Source: Rhodobacterales bacterium
GTDB taxonomy: Bacteria; Pseudomonadota; Alphaproteobacteria; Rhodobacterales; CAZPXZ01
Assembly: GCA_965217995.1 (NCBI GenBank)
Contig: CBDCKB010000004.1
Span: forward strand, 323,788 to 387,787
DNA length: 64,000 nt
Reading direction: 5' to 3'
The first letter of the stretch is position 1. Each line of letters begins with the position of its first letter. Shown piece by piece: positions 55,840 to 64,000 of the stretch. Below the pieces are notes generated by a model that had not been told where the DNA came from, did no database searches, and worked only from the letters and a program-made list of their open reading frames with translations. Position numbers and translations under genes: made by a program.

Positions 55840-56859
55840 ATGATTCGCCGCCTTTCCCTTCTGCTGCTTGCGCTTGCGCTTGTCGGCCTCATGCCGACGG
55901 CCGCTACGGCCGACGAAGAGGTCAATGTCTACTCCTACCGGCAGCCGGATCTGATCGAGCCGCTGCTGGAGCGCTTCACTGCCGAGACCGGAATCAAGCC
56001 CAACATCCTCAGCATCCCGAGGGGGCTGCTGGCGCGGATCAAGGAAGAGGGCGAACTCAGCCCCGCGGATGTCCTCCTGGTCGTCGATATCGGACGGCTC
56101 TCGAACGCCGTCACGCAGGGCATCACGCAGCCGGTGCACGATCCGGAGATCGAGGCCCGCGTGCCCGCCAGCCTCCGCGACCCGGAGGGCCATTGGACCG
56201 CCCTGACCACGCGGGCCCGGATTGTCTACACCTCGAGGCAGCGTGTAACCCCGGGCGAAATCACCACCTATGAGGACCTCGCCGACCCCCGCTGGAAGGG
56301 GCGCATCTGCACCCGCTCCGGACGCCACCAGTACAACATCGCCCTGCTCGCGGCGATGATCCACCATCACGGCAGCGGGAAGGCGGAGGCATGGCTGCGC
56401 GGCATCAAGGCCAATCTCGCGCGCCGACCGCAGGGCAACGACCGCGCCCAGATCAAGGCCATCTGGGCCGGCGAATGCGACATCTCGATCGGCAACACCT
56501 ACTACATGGGGAAGATGCTCGAAAACGCCGAGCAGCGTCCCTGGGCTGATTCGGTGCGCGTCACCTTCCCGAAATTCGAGAGCGGCGGCACCCATATCAA
56601 CGTGTCCGGCGTTGCCATGGCGAAGCATGCCCCCAACCCGGAAAACGCCCGCCGGCTGATTCGCTTCCTGGTCTCCGACGCCGCGCAACAGATCTACGCC
56701 GAGGACAATTTCGAATATCCCGTCAACCCCGACGTGCCGGCCTCGGCACGCGTCCGGGCCTGGGGTTCTTTCGACCCCGACCCGATCGCGATGGCCGAGA
56801 TCGCCCGCCGTCGGGCCGAGGCGTTGCGGATTGTTGACCGGGTCGGGTTCGACAACTGA
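55840..56859 (+). CDS. Fe(3+)-type ABC transporter periplasmic substrate-binding protein
   Basis: It has a signal peptide (MIRRLSLLLLALALVGLMPTAATA) and EVNVYSYRQPDLIEPLL...ICTRSGRHQYN...GNTYYMG. No permease or ATPase gene lies adjacent. Confidence 0.75.
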   Translation: MIRRLSLLLLALALVGLMPTAATADEEVNVYSYRQPDLIEPLLERFTAETGIKPNILSIPRGLLARIKEEGELSPADVLLVVDIGRLSNAVTQGITQPVHDPEIEARVPASLRDPEGHWTALTTRARIVYTSRQRVTPGEITTYEDLADPRWKGRICTRSGRHQYNIALLAAMIHHHGSGKAEAWLRGIKANLARRPQGNDRAQIKAIWAGECDISIGNTYYMGKMLENAEQRPWADSVRVTFPKFESGGTHINVSGVAMAKHAPNPENARRLIRFLVSDAAQQIYAEDNFEYPVNPDVPASARVRAWGSFDPDPIAMAEIARRRAEALRIVDRVGFDN

Positions 56860-56895
56860 ACCCACGCGAAATCAGACCACCCGATCCTCACCGCG

Positions 56896-57945
56896 CTAGC
56901 GGTTGCTTTTTTGATACGACCCCCGACACCGTCCGCCATACGCGTGCAGATCTGCGTTGCTGCAACCGCTGAGTAGCTTCTGTCGGTGTGCATCCTCAAG
57001 CGGCAGAAACAGAAGGGTCCCGTTGTTGCGGTGCGTGACCTCCCGCATGAGGGTCACAAACCGGGCCGATGAGGCATTTCCGGAATGCAGACCGATCGCG
57101 TGCACGCGGACCTCGGCCTTGGGATGCTTTGCCCGCCAGCTATCCAAGGTCTGGATCACGACATCATAGCTAAGGCCCGTGTAGTCATCCCCAAATATGT
57201 AGATCGCCACCCGATCTCCCCGGGTGCCGTAGGTCTGTAGCGCGGCTCTAAGACCCTCGATCGGGCTGCTGTTGGAGGCCGCGGTCCAGCCACGCAATGC
57301 TCCCAGCACGTTCCGCCGCAGCCGCGGGGTATCGGGAATCCATTTTCCCTTGTAGGCCGCCAGCAGGTGTTGGCCATTGTCGTTGATGATCTGGAATCCC
57401 TTGACCGTCGGGTGGACATCCAGGACATTCTCCATCTCCGCCAGCACCCGGTCCCAGATCACCTTCATGCTGCCGGACGTATCAAGCAGAAAGATCACAT
57501 ATTCGCTGTCGACCGGAATCCCGCCGACCTCGAGATCCCGCTCCTCGGCCGTGTCCGCCTGCAACGAGGCCTGGTCGAGTGTTTTTTTGACTAGCTCAAG
57601 ACCCCGGGAATCCGCCTTCAGCCGCTCGCTCTCGGCCTGCAATTTCTGGAGCTCCTCCGCCTGTGCCGCCGCCGCCGCCTGCTGCTCGGCAGTCTTCGTC
57701 CCCTGGCCGACAGCCTCAAGAGCCAGCTGCTGGAGTGCGGTGCCCAGACTCTTGATCTCGCGTTCTGCCTCGAAAACCTGGGAGATCAAGGCGCTGGCAT
57801 CGCTGAAATCGGCTTCCCCCGCCTCCGGCTCCTCCACCCCCGTCTTCGAGATCAGCAGAAGGAGGATCATCGCCCCGAAGCCACAGGAGATCGTGTCGAG
57901 AAATGCCATCCCCGACCCGCCGACCTCTTCCCGCCGGGGCCTCAT
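56896..57945 (-). CDS. Single-TM, coiled-coil, vWA-domain protein (paralog 2)
   Basis: ATG at 57945 overlaps the upstream stop (ATGA). The TM segment is FLDTISCGFGAMILLLLI. A coiled coil rich in A/E/Q follows. The MIDAS motif is FLLDTSGSM. Confidence 0.7.
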   Translation of the reverse strand: MRPRREEVGGSGMAFLDTISCGFGAMILLLLISKTGVEEPEAGEADFSDASALISQVFEAEREIKSLGTALQQLALEAVGQGTKTAEQQAAAAAQAEELQKLQAESERLKADSRGLELVKKTLDQASLQADTAEERDLEVGGIPVDSEYVIFLLDTSGSMKVIWDRVLAEMENVLDVHPTVKGFQIINDNGQHLLAAYKGKWIPDTPRLRRNVLGALRGWTAASNSSPIEGLRAALQTYGTRGDRVAIYIFGDDYTGLSYDVVIQTLDSWRAKHPKAEVRVHAIGLHSGNASSARFVTLMREVTHRNNGTLLFLPLEDAHRQKLLSGCSNADLHAYGGRCRGSYQKSNR

Positions 57946-59021
57946 GGCCAACGCGGCGCCGGTGCCAGCATCAGCCCCCCCGTGATGCTGGTCCAGACGC
58001 CGTATTCATAAACCGCTTGCGGATCTCCCTCGAGCGGCAGCAGCACAACATTCGCCCGCGTGGTCGAAAGATCCGGCCCCGCCGCCGCCATCGAATTCCA
58101 GAACAGCTGGAGTCGGCAATCCCCCGAAATAGTCTGACTCCGGTTCGAACAGCCCGATCCGAATTGAAAACTGGCCTTCGCCTGGGTCGGCAATCCGTCG
58201 GTGACAAGATAGAGATCCGTCACGTTGGGGCGGAGCTTCCCCAGTTCGACCAGGCCTGCCTGGAGATTGGTTGGCCCGGACGGAACCAGGGTTCTAAGAT
58301 CGCGAACCAGTGTGTTAATCTGACCCGAGCTGCCTCCTTTCAGCCATCCGCCCGGCCCCAGCTGCCGCGCCTCAGCGCTGAATGCGATGACAGAGACCTG
58401 GCTTCCCTCAGGAACCCGATTGAGCAGCCAGCGCACAGTTCTTTGTGTCCGCTTCCATTTCGGTCCGTCCTTCTTGTGGGCGTCCGACCGGATCTTGCGG
58501 AAAATAATGTCACGCAGTTTCTCATCGGTCATCGAGGCACTGTGATCGACGAGGATGGCGATCCTTTTCCCCTCCACCCGCAGACCGAGCAGATATTCCT
58601 CCTCCCCGACCGAAGGATCCTCAATGACATCGGCGGTTTCTTTCTCCTTGATGCTTTCCACCGCCTTCTTCAATTCCGCGTTCCGCTGGCGAAGCCGATC
58701 GATCTCTTTCCGGAGCGCATCCTCCGCCTCCCGCGAAGCGGCCGACTGCTTCTCCCCTCTTGCCTCTGCCACAGTCTGTTCGGCCTTGCGCCTCACAGCC
58801 TCGACGGTTTGCTCCTCGAGACTCCGCCTCTGCTCTTGAAGGGCTTCCAGCTCCTCCTCCAGCCGCTGTGTCTCGACCACGGGAGATTCTTTTTCCGTCT
58901 CCACATTGTGCTTGATGACCAGAAACAGAAGAATGGTCGCGCCCAGCCCGCAGGCCATGACATCCAGGAAGGCGAGGTTGAATCCTTCAGCGCGGCGGCG
59001 GCGGAGCAAGAGTCGGCCCAC
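57942..59021 (-). CDS. Single-TM, coiled-coil, vWA-domain protein (paralog 1)
   Basis: GTG start at 59021. The TM segment is FLDVMACGLGATILLFLV. The coiled coil reads ETQRLEEELEALQEQRRSLEEQ.... The MIDAS motif is ILVDHSASM. Confidence 0.7.
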   Translation of the reverse strand: MGRLLLRRRRAEGFNLAFLDVMACGLGATILLFLVIKHNVETEKESPVVETQRLEEELEALQEQRRSLEEQTVEAVRRKAEQTVAEARGEKQSAASREAEDALRKEIDRLRQRNAELKKAVESIKEKETADVIEDPSVGEEEYLLGLRVEGKRIAILVDHSASMTDEKLRDIIFRKIRSDAHKKDGPKWKRTQRTVRWLLNRVPEGSQVSVIAFSAEARQLGPGGWLKGGSSGQINTLVRDLRTLVPSGPTNLQAGLVELGKLRPNVTDLYLVTDGLPTQAKASFQFGSGCSNRSQTISGDCRLQLFWNSMAAAGPDLSTTRANVVLLPLEGDPQAVYEYGVWTSITGGLMLAPAPRWP

Positions 59022-59835
59022 TTGTCTCGTTGTTCTCGTCTTTCTTGCCTGTCTTGCTGATGCGCCTCAGCAGGTGCTCCTCGCAATATTCCTGGATCTT
59101 GATCAGCTCCTTGTCCTGCAAATGCTGCAATCTGTGCAGAAACATCATCAGAACGATGCTGGCGAACAGGGCGATGAAGGTCGAATTGAAGGCAGTCCCG
59201 AGATTGGCCGTCATTGAAGCGATATCCCCGGCCAGCGCCTCATCGGCCTCCGACAGGGCTTGGCCGATGCCGCGTACGGTGCCGATAAATCCGATCGAAG
59301 GGATGGCCCAGATCATGTAGCGGATCATCGCGTTATCCGCCTCCACGCGCATTCCCAGCGCCTCGACGCTGGAATTGACCGCATCGGAAGTGTTCTGCAC
59401 GTCATCGGTGATCTGGTAGCGCCGGATGCTTGCCCTGAGCGTATTCGCCAGAGGCGTGTCGCGTTCGGAGGGCTCCAGATTCTCCAGATCCTCCAAGGCG
59501 CTGGACAAAGCGTCCTTGTTGTCCTCCACCTTGTGCAGGAGGTCCACACCATACATGTACCGCCGGGAACGCAGGCTGCGGATCTTGGCCACGATCATCC
59601 AGGCGCAGCACAGAGTGAGGATCACGCAGAACTCCTGCTCCCAATCCTTGAGGATGACCACCAGATCCCGCGGCGCGGACTCCCCCGCCAGACGCGCGGC
59701 TTCGACAGCCCGCTCGGCGGACGGCCGGATGAATAAGTAATAGACCACATGGACCGGAACCGCGATGGACACAACGGTGATGGCATTGCGGAGCCAGTCG
59801 ACCCTCTCAATTATCCGCGTGAAAAATTTGGCCAT
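58987..59835 (-). CDS. MotA/TolQ/ExbB-family proton-channel protein
   Basis: The C-terminal signature is YMIWAIPSIGFIGTVRGIGQAL...ANLGTAFNSTFIALFASIVLMMF. ATG at 59835. Confidence 0.75.
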   Translation of the reverse strand: MAKFFTRIIERVDWLRNAITVVSIAVPVHVVYYLFIRPSAERAVEAARLAGESAPRDLVVILKDWEQEFCVILTLCCAWMIVAKIRSLRSRRYMYGVDLLHKVEDNKDALSSALEDLENLEPSERDTPLANTLRASIRRYQITDDVQNTSDAVNSSVEALGMRVEADNAMIRYMIWAIPSIGFIGTVRGIGQALSEADEALAGDIASMTANLGTAFNSTFIALFASIVLMMFLHRLQHLQDKELIKIQEYCEEHLLRRISKTGKKDENNETSGPTLAPPPPR

Positions 59836-59836
59836 C

Positions 59837-60025
59837 TCAAATATCCACGGGAAAACTTGTCGGGGAATTCAGGCCGATGCCCGGGGATGCGTTCTGCGCG
59901 ACACTCTCCCGCCGGAAATGCAGGAATACCGCCGCCAGAACCAGGAGGACCAGCATCATGGCAAGGAGGCCGCGGGGGCCGCGGGTGCGGATTCGGCTAC
60001 CGGTAAGCCGCATTTTCATCGCCAT
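59837..60025 (-). CDS. Small single-pass membrane protein
   Basis: 62 aa with an Arg-rich N-terminus followed by LLAMMLVLLVLAAVFL. Its stop lies 1 nt before the motA-like ATG, and it overlaps the upstream gene by 29 nt. Confidence 0.4.
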   Translation of the reverse strand: MAMKMRLTGSRIRTRGPRGLLAMMLVLLVLAAVFLHFRRESVAQNASPGIGLNSPTSFPVDI

Positions 60026-62138
60026 ACAGATATCTTACCACCCGAAAGCCGAGATCGTCGCCAGACCCCTCTGATGAATTACGATACGCTGCGCGCAGCT
60101 CCCGAAGTGTTGCCGACCGCCAGCTGGAACCCTTGACGATATGGGCACTAGCCGGCTCGTCCCTTCGCGGGTCGATCTCCTCACCTCCCCCCGCAGGAGG
60201 AATCGCGAAATAGGCATCATGCGTCCATTCGTGGACATTCCCTGCCAGATCGTGGATCCCGGCCCGATTCGGATTGAAACGGCCGACCGGTGCCAGCTCG
60301 GGAAACCCGTCTATATAATTCGGAATGTAGGAGTTGACTTTTCCCTTTCCCTTTACCGATTCATCGGCCAGGTTTCCAGTCCGGCTTGGAACTTTTTCGT
60401 CGTCTCCCCAAGGGAACCGGATCTGGTTCCTGTGCCCGGACTCCTTCCCGGACTTCCGCGCCAGCCATTCCCACTCGGCTTCGGTCGGCAGGCGATAGCC
60501 GTCGGCATCTCCATTGACACCAAGATAGCGGTCGCCGTCCAGCCTGTAGAACACGCCAAAGCCTTCGCGTTTGCTGAGCCAGTTGCAAAACTGGACAGCC
60601 TCGATCCAGGTCACATCCGTTGCCGGAAGATCACCAGAACCGGAAGCCTGTGCAACGCCCGGGAATTCGCCCCGCTGTTTCTGGGTCACCTCATGCACAC
60701 CCACATAGAACGCCCGGACCAGCTGCACAGAGCGGAGAAACTCATTCGGGCCCCTGCCCTTCTCTCCGCGCGGCGAGCCCATCACAAACTTGCCCGGTTC
60801 GATGAACAGACGCAGGGGCATGCCGACGCTGTTTACAACCGTCTTGGGTGCATTCCGGATCCGGAACTCCTTCTCGGTTTCGAGTTGGAGATCCACCCGC
60901 GAAAGTTTGTCCGGCGTCGGCGTCAATTTCCGCTTGACAGCCTCATATCCCTTCCGGGTCACAACGATCTCATGTTCAACTGCGCTCAGTGTCAGCCGCA
61001 GCGGAGTCGTTCCGACTGGCTTCCCGTCAACCAACACATCGGCCGCAGGCTTGGAAACCACCTCCACCTCCCCGACAATCTCCTCCAGCGACATTTCCAG
61101 TGTGGTGCGTTCGCCCGGCTGCAGCTGAAATGTTGCTTCGACCCCGGTATGGCCGTCTTTTCGGTAGATTGCGCGGTGCGCCACCAGTGCCTGTACCGGT
61201 ATTTCGTTGAAATTTTTCTGGATTCGTCCGCCTAGCAACAAAACTCCGCCTTCGGGCCGAAGCTGGAAAGTCACGAATGCATCCTCTTGCAACAAAACAT
61301 AGTTCTTCTGGATTTCAGAATTTTCCTTCGTGACCTGCACGGTTTCGGAGACGCTCTTGTAACCCGGCAGGGTCACCTCGATTTCATGCGTGCCGATATC
61401 AATTTCCCATTTGCCCGGTGCCGGACCCTGCGCCAGGCCATTGACCGAGACTGTTGCGCCGGGCGGTTTGGTGATCACTTCCAGCTGGAAGTGCACCGGC
61501 ACCAGATCCACCACCAGATCACTCTCCTTGCCGCGGAAAATTTCTATCTGGACCGATTCCGTCTGGTGCCGGGGGCTGTCGACAGTCAATGTGTAAGCCC
61601 CAGGTTCGAGCTCAATATCGAGGCGCGCCCCGACCACCACGGGTTTCCCGTCGACGGACCATTCAGCACCAGGGGCAGGCGGACGTGTCTCCGCCCGTAG
61701 CTGCCCCGGCAGTTCACGCAACGTCACCTCAATCGATTTTTCCTGCTGGTCAGGGGACAGATCCACTTCCTCGGGGTGGAAACCCTCCGATTCCACCCGC
61801 AGGACGGTCGGCCCCAAGACCCAAACCTGCCGGTCGGAAAACATAGGCATCTCCCAAGCCCATCCTTCAGTTTGCAGCTGCGCCATAGATTCTGCTTTGG
61901 GGGGCGAAACATGCACAGAGAACACGGCTAAAAAGTGCCCGACTGCAGCACTTACACCGACTACACCGACTACACCGACTACAACGATCACCCACTTTGG
62001 TACGCCGAAAACCCGTGACTGCCCGGCGTGACCCTTCTTGCCCTTATTGAGAGCAGCTTGTGCCTGATTAACTGGTTTCTTATTAGGAGAGGGCTCGGCG
62101 GGAATTTTAAATGCGCCGGTATCGTCAGAGTGGCTCAT
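59997..62138 (-). CDS. Membrane-anchored protein with PEGA-like repeats and a C-terminal FGE-sulfatase (SUMF1/EgtB/PvdO) domain
   Basis: ATG at 62138. The TM segment is WVIVVVGVVGVVGVSAAV. Repeated beta-rich modules appear (GAYTLTVDSPRHQTE, IEVTLPGYKSVSE, HEIVVTRKGYEAVK). FGE motifs are YRLPTEAEWEW, HDLAGNVHEW and LGFRVVR. Confidence 0.8.
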   Translation of the reverse strand: MSHSDDTGAFKIPAEPSPNKKPVNQAQAALNKGKKGHAGQSRVFGVPKWVIVVVGVVGVVGVSAAVGHFLAVFSVHVSPPKAESMAQLQTEGWAWEMPMFSDRQVWVLGPTVLRVESEGFHPEEVDLSPDQQEKSIEVTLRELPGQLRAETRPPAPGAEWSVDGKPVVVGARLDIELEPGAYTLTVDSPRHQTESVQIEIFRGKESDLVVDLVPVHFQLEVITKPPGATVSVNGLAQGPAPGKWEIDIGTHEIEVTLPGYKSVSETVQVTKENSEIQKNYVLLQEDAFVTFQLRPEGGVLLLGGRIQKNFNEIPVQALVAHRAIYRKDGHTGVEATFQLQPGERTTLEMSLEEIVGEVEVVSKPAADVLVDGKPVGTTPLRLTLSAVEHEIVVTRKGYEAVKRKLTPTPDKLSRVDLQLETEKEFRIRNAPKTVVNSVGMPLRLFIEPGKFVMGSPRGEKGRGPNEFLRSVQLVRAFYVGVHEVTQKQRGEFPGVAQASGSGDLPATDVTWIEAVQFCNWLSKREGFGVFYRLDGDRYLGVNGDADGYRLPTEAEWEWLARKSGKESGHRNQIRFPWGDDEKVPSRTGNLADESVKGKGKVNSYIPNYIDGFPELAPVGRFNPNRAGIHDLAGNVHEWTHDAYFAIPPAGGGEEIDPRRDEPASAHIVKGSSWRSATLRELRAAYRNSSEGSGDDLGFRVVRYLYGDENAAYR

Positions 62139-63960
62139 CACACACCACAATCACCTCCACCGGTGCTGTCCTTCCCGCTACGATCGAGAGTTCGACGAGC
62201 TTCGATCGATAGCCTTCCCGCTTTCCCTCGAAGACATAGGTTCCCGGCCGCAACTTGATGACCTTTTCGATGATACGCCCGACCGAGCCGACCCGACGCA
62301 CGGTGATCTCAGTCATATTGTCGGAACGGACCAGCACCTCGATTTCGGTGTGGGCCTGACCGAGTGCAATTTCGAGCTCCTCCACATGTTTCGCAAGCTG
62401 CCTTGCTGAACCGAGCTGCGACAGGCGCGCATCGTCCAACGCATCTTTTGCATTGTCCAACACACCACGGGCGGCCTCTGCGACATTGTCCGATGACAGG
62501 CGATCGGGTCGTTGTAGATAAATAACGATTTGCTCATCTGTGTCAATGATCCGTCCGGCCACATCGGCACCATTCAAGGCATCGGCGTTGGAGGGATCGA
62601 TTGCCAGCACCTTGCGGAACATAGCACGCGCCTGGTGCCAGTCATCCCCGATCGCCTGCGCGTTGGCTTCCGCCAGGAAATTGCGTGAGTCTACCTCCCT
62701 TTGCAGACGCTCAACCGCTACCTCCAGCACTTCGACCTCGTCCCGCCCCGGGGCCAGTTCCCGAGCCCGTTGCAGGGCCCGTCTGGCCACCGGCAGAGCC
62801 TGCTCATCAACGGCATCCAACCCCTCCATGATGATTTCCCCGAACTTCTGCCTGACCAGCTGCCGGTACCGGTCCACCATTTCGACCCGTAGCGAATCAA
62901 GACCCAGGACCCGCTCCAGGGCCGAAAGCTCGGCCCGGAAGTCCTTCTCTGTCCGTGCCCGGTCGGCATCCTTGATCGCCTGCAGAACTTCCGGCAGCAC
63001 ATCAATCCGGCCGCGCAGAGCCTGTCCCTCCGCATCCTCCGGTTTGATCCGCAATGCCTGGTTGATGTGCCGCTTGGCCAGTGCCGGGTCCGATGCCTCC
63101 AAGGCGTCCGATGCCTGATCTAGATGCTCCCGGAAGCGGGTCTCCCCGATCTCCAATGCTTTACGGGCTGATGCTTCGGCCGCCTCCAACAAATCGACTG
63201 CGGTTGCGTAGAGACCGGACGTGAATTCCCGCAAAGCACGATCCCGGTCCTCCTGGATTTCCTGTGCCAACTCCGGATCCCATTGCGCGAGAGAAATGGC
63301 TTCCAATGCCGGGTCGATCTCCTCTTCGAAGCGCTTTGCCCGTGCCAGATAGTCCGACCGCGCCTGCTGCGTGTTCTCTTCTTCCTCGACCGCCGTCAGA
63401 GCACCCTCAGAAGCTTCAGAACGAACTGGATCATCCAACTGCACCTGCTGCGTGTTCTCTTCTTCGACCGCCGTCGGGGCGCGGTCAGAGGCTTCCGAAC
63501 GAACCGAATCATCCGACCCCGCCTCTGCGTGCTCCTTATCTCCCCCTACCCCCGTACGGACATGGTCAAAGTTTTCGGGAAGGAGCAGATAGTCCGCCCC
63601 CGCCTGCGGCGTGATCCCTCCTTCCCCGATCACCGTAGGGGTACGGTCAGAGGCTATAGAACCTGCATCTCTTTCGGTTTCCTCGGAAAGATACGTATAA
63701 TTCTCCTCAGAGAACCAGTTGCAAAAACGGTTCCGCGGATCATTCCAAACCAGACAGGAGAATAATAACCAGACCACGTAGCCAGATATCATGAATAGCA
63801 CGAAGAAGAGTAGGATTCGTAGTATGTTCCACTGCTTCTTACGCGAGTTTTTTTGTTTATCCTCCTCGGGGTCCTTAGCACTCCTCCCCCAAATCTCCTG
63901 AACAAAGGCGTAGAAAAAGCTGAAGGCAACGATGAGGGAAAGAACGAAAACTCCAAACAA
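62125..63960 (-). CDS. Membrane protein with an acidic repeat region, TPR-like helical repeats and a C-terminal PEGA-like module
   Basis: The track start is TTG 63960, but the frame stays open to the window end, so the true start may lie beyond 64000. There are two N-terminal TM segments. The C-terminus reads KLRPGTYVFEGKREGYRSKLVEL. Confidence 0.6.
   Translation of the reverse strand: MFGVFVLSLIVAFSFFYAFVQEIWGRSAKDPEEDKQKNSRKKQWNILRILLFFVLFMISGYVVWLLFSCLVWNDPRNRFCNWFSEENYTYLSEETERDAGSIASDRTPTVIGEGGITPQAGADYLLLPENFDHVRTGVGGDKEHAEAGSDDSVRSEASDRAPTAVEEENTQQVQLDDPVRSEASEGALTAVEEEENTQQARSDYLARAKRFEEEIDPALEAISLAQWDPELAQEIQEDRDRALREFTSGLYATAVDLLEAAEASARKALEIGETRFREHLDQASDALEASDPALAKRHINQALRIKPEDAEGQALRGRIDVLPEVLQAIKDADRARTEKDFRAELSALERVLGLDSLRVEMVDRYRQLVRQKFGEIIMEGLDAVDEQALPVARRALQRARELAPGRDEVEVLEVAVERLQREVDSRNFLAEANAQAIGDDWHQARAMFRKVLAIDPSNADALNGADVAGRIIDTDEQIVIYLQRPDRLSSDNVAEAARGVLDNAKDALDDARLSQLGSARQLAKHVEELEIALGQAHTEIEVLVRSDNMTEITVRRVGSVGRIIEKVIKLRPGTYVFEGKREGYRSKLVELSIVAGRTAPVEVIVVCDEPL
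63364..63516 (-). repeat. Two imperfect tandem repeats of about 72-81 bp (start-to-start spacing 81 bp) encoding an acidic segment
   Basis: ctgctgcgtgttctcttcttc...cgccgtc...gaagcttc.gaacgaac..gatcatcc appears twice, encoding D.VRSEAS..A.TAVEEE.NTQQ. Confidence 0.7.
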
Positions 63961-64000
63961 AAATACCCTATGCTGGACCAGACCCCAAACCGTCGGAGCA

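Noticed and set aside
55792-56865. 357-aa minus-strand ORF
   Set aside because: It is antisense to the signal-peptide-bearing substrate-binding protein gene.
60141-61235. 364-aa plus-strand ORF
   Set aside because: It is antisense to the PEGA/FGE-sulfatase gene.

Overview
This is a high-GC bacterial chromosomal window. Its core genes are ccr/ecm (ethylmalonyl-CoA pathway), glpD/glpK, pgi, phnX, an MttB-family methyltransferase with a DMGDH-like enzyme, and CoxS/CoxL-type molybdoenzymes. That content suggests an alphaproteobacterium, which is an inference. All calls come from reading the ORF track and the DNA by eye; no searches were run. Four regions stand out. (1) At 14.3-15.3 kb a small lower-GC insertion is bracketed by about 84-bp direct repeats that duplicate the coxL 3' end. 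(2) At 19.4-33.2 kb there are four Sel1-repeat protein genes. Three of them lie in tandem segmental modules of roughly 3-4 kb. Each module also carries a 5' fragment of phnX, a conserved TTGAC-N4-GTCAA (FNR/Dnr-type) box and a pseudogenised 5' fragment of a NosR-like gene. The array ends in an apparent nosR'-nosX' deletion scar, an iteron-like repeat array and an AAA ATPase gene. (3) At 35.3-44.9 kb a visibly AT-rich island encodes a DISARM-like module: a DrmA-like SF2 helicase, a DrmB-like DUF1998 protein, a UvrD-like helicase, an HNH nuclease and a C5 cytosine methyltransferase. An IS1595-like remnant borders it. (4) At 56.9-64.0 kb six tightly coupled minus-strand genes form an operon I cannot assign to a described system. 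They encode a TM/TPR-like protein, a PEGA+FGE-sulfatase protein, a small TM protein, a MotA/ExbB-like channel and two TM-coiled-coil-vWA proteins. I recognised no rRNA, tRNA or CRISPR array. Many long ORFs in the track are antisense artefacts of the high GC content.
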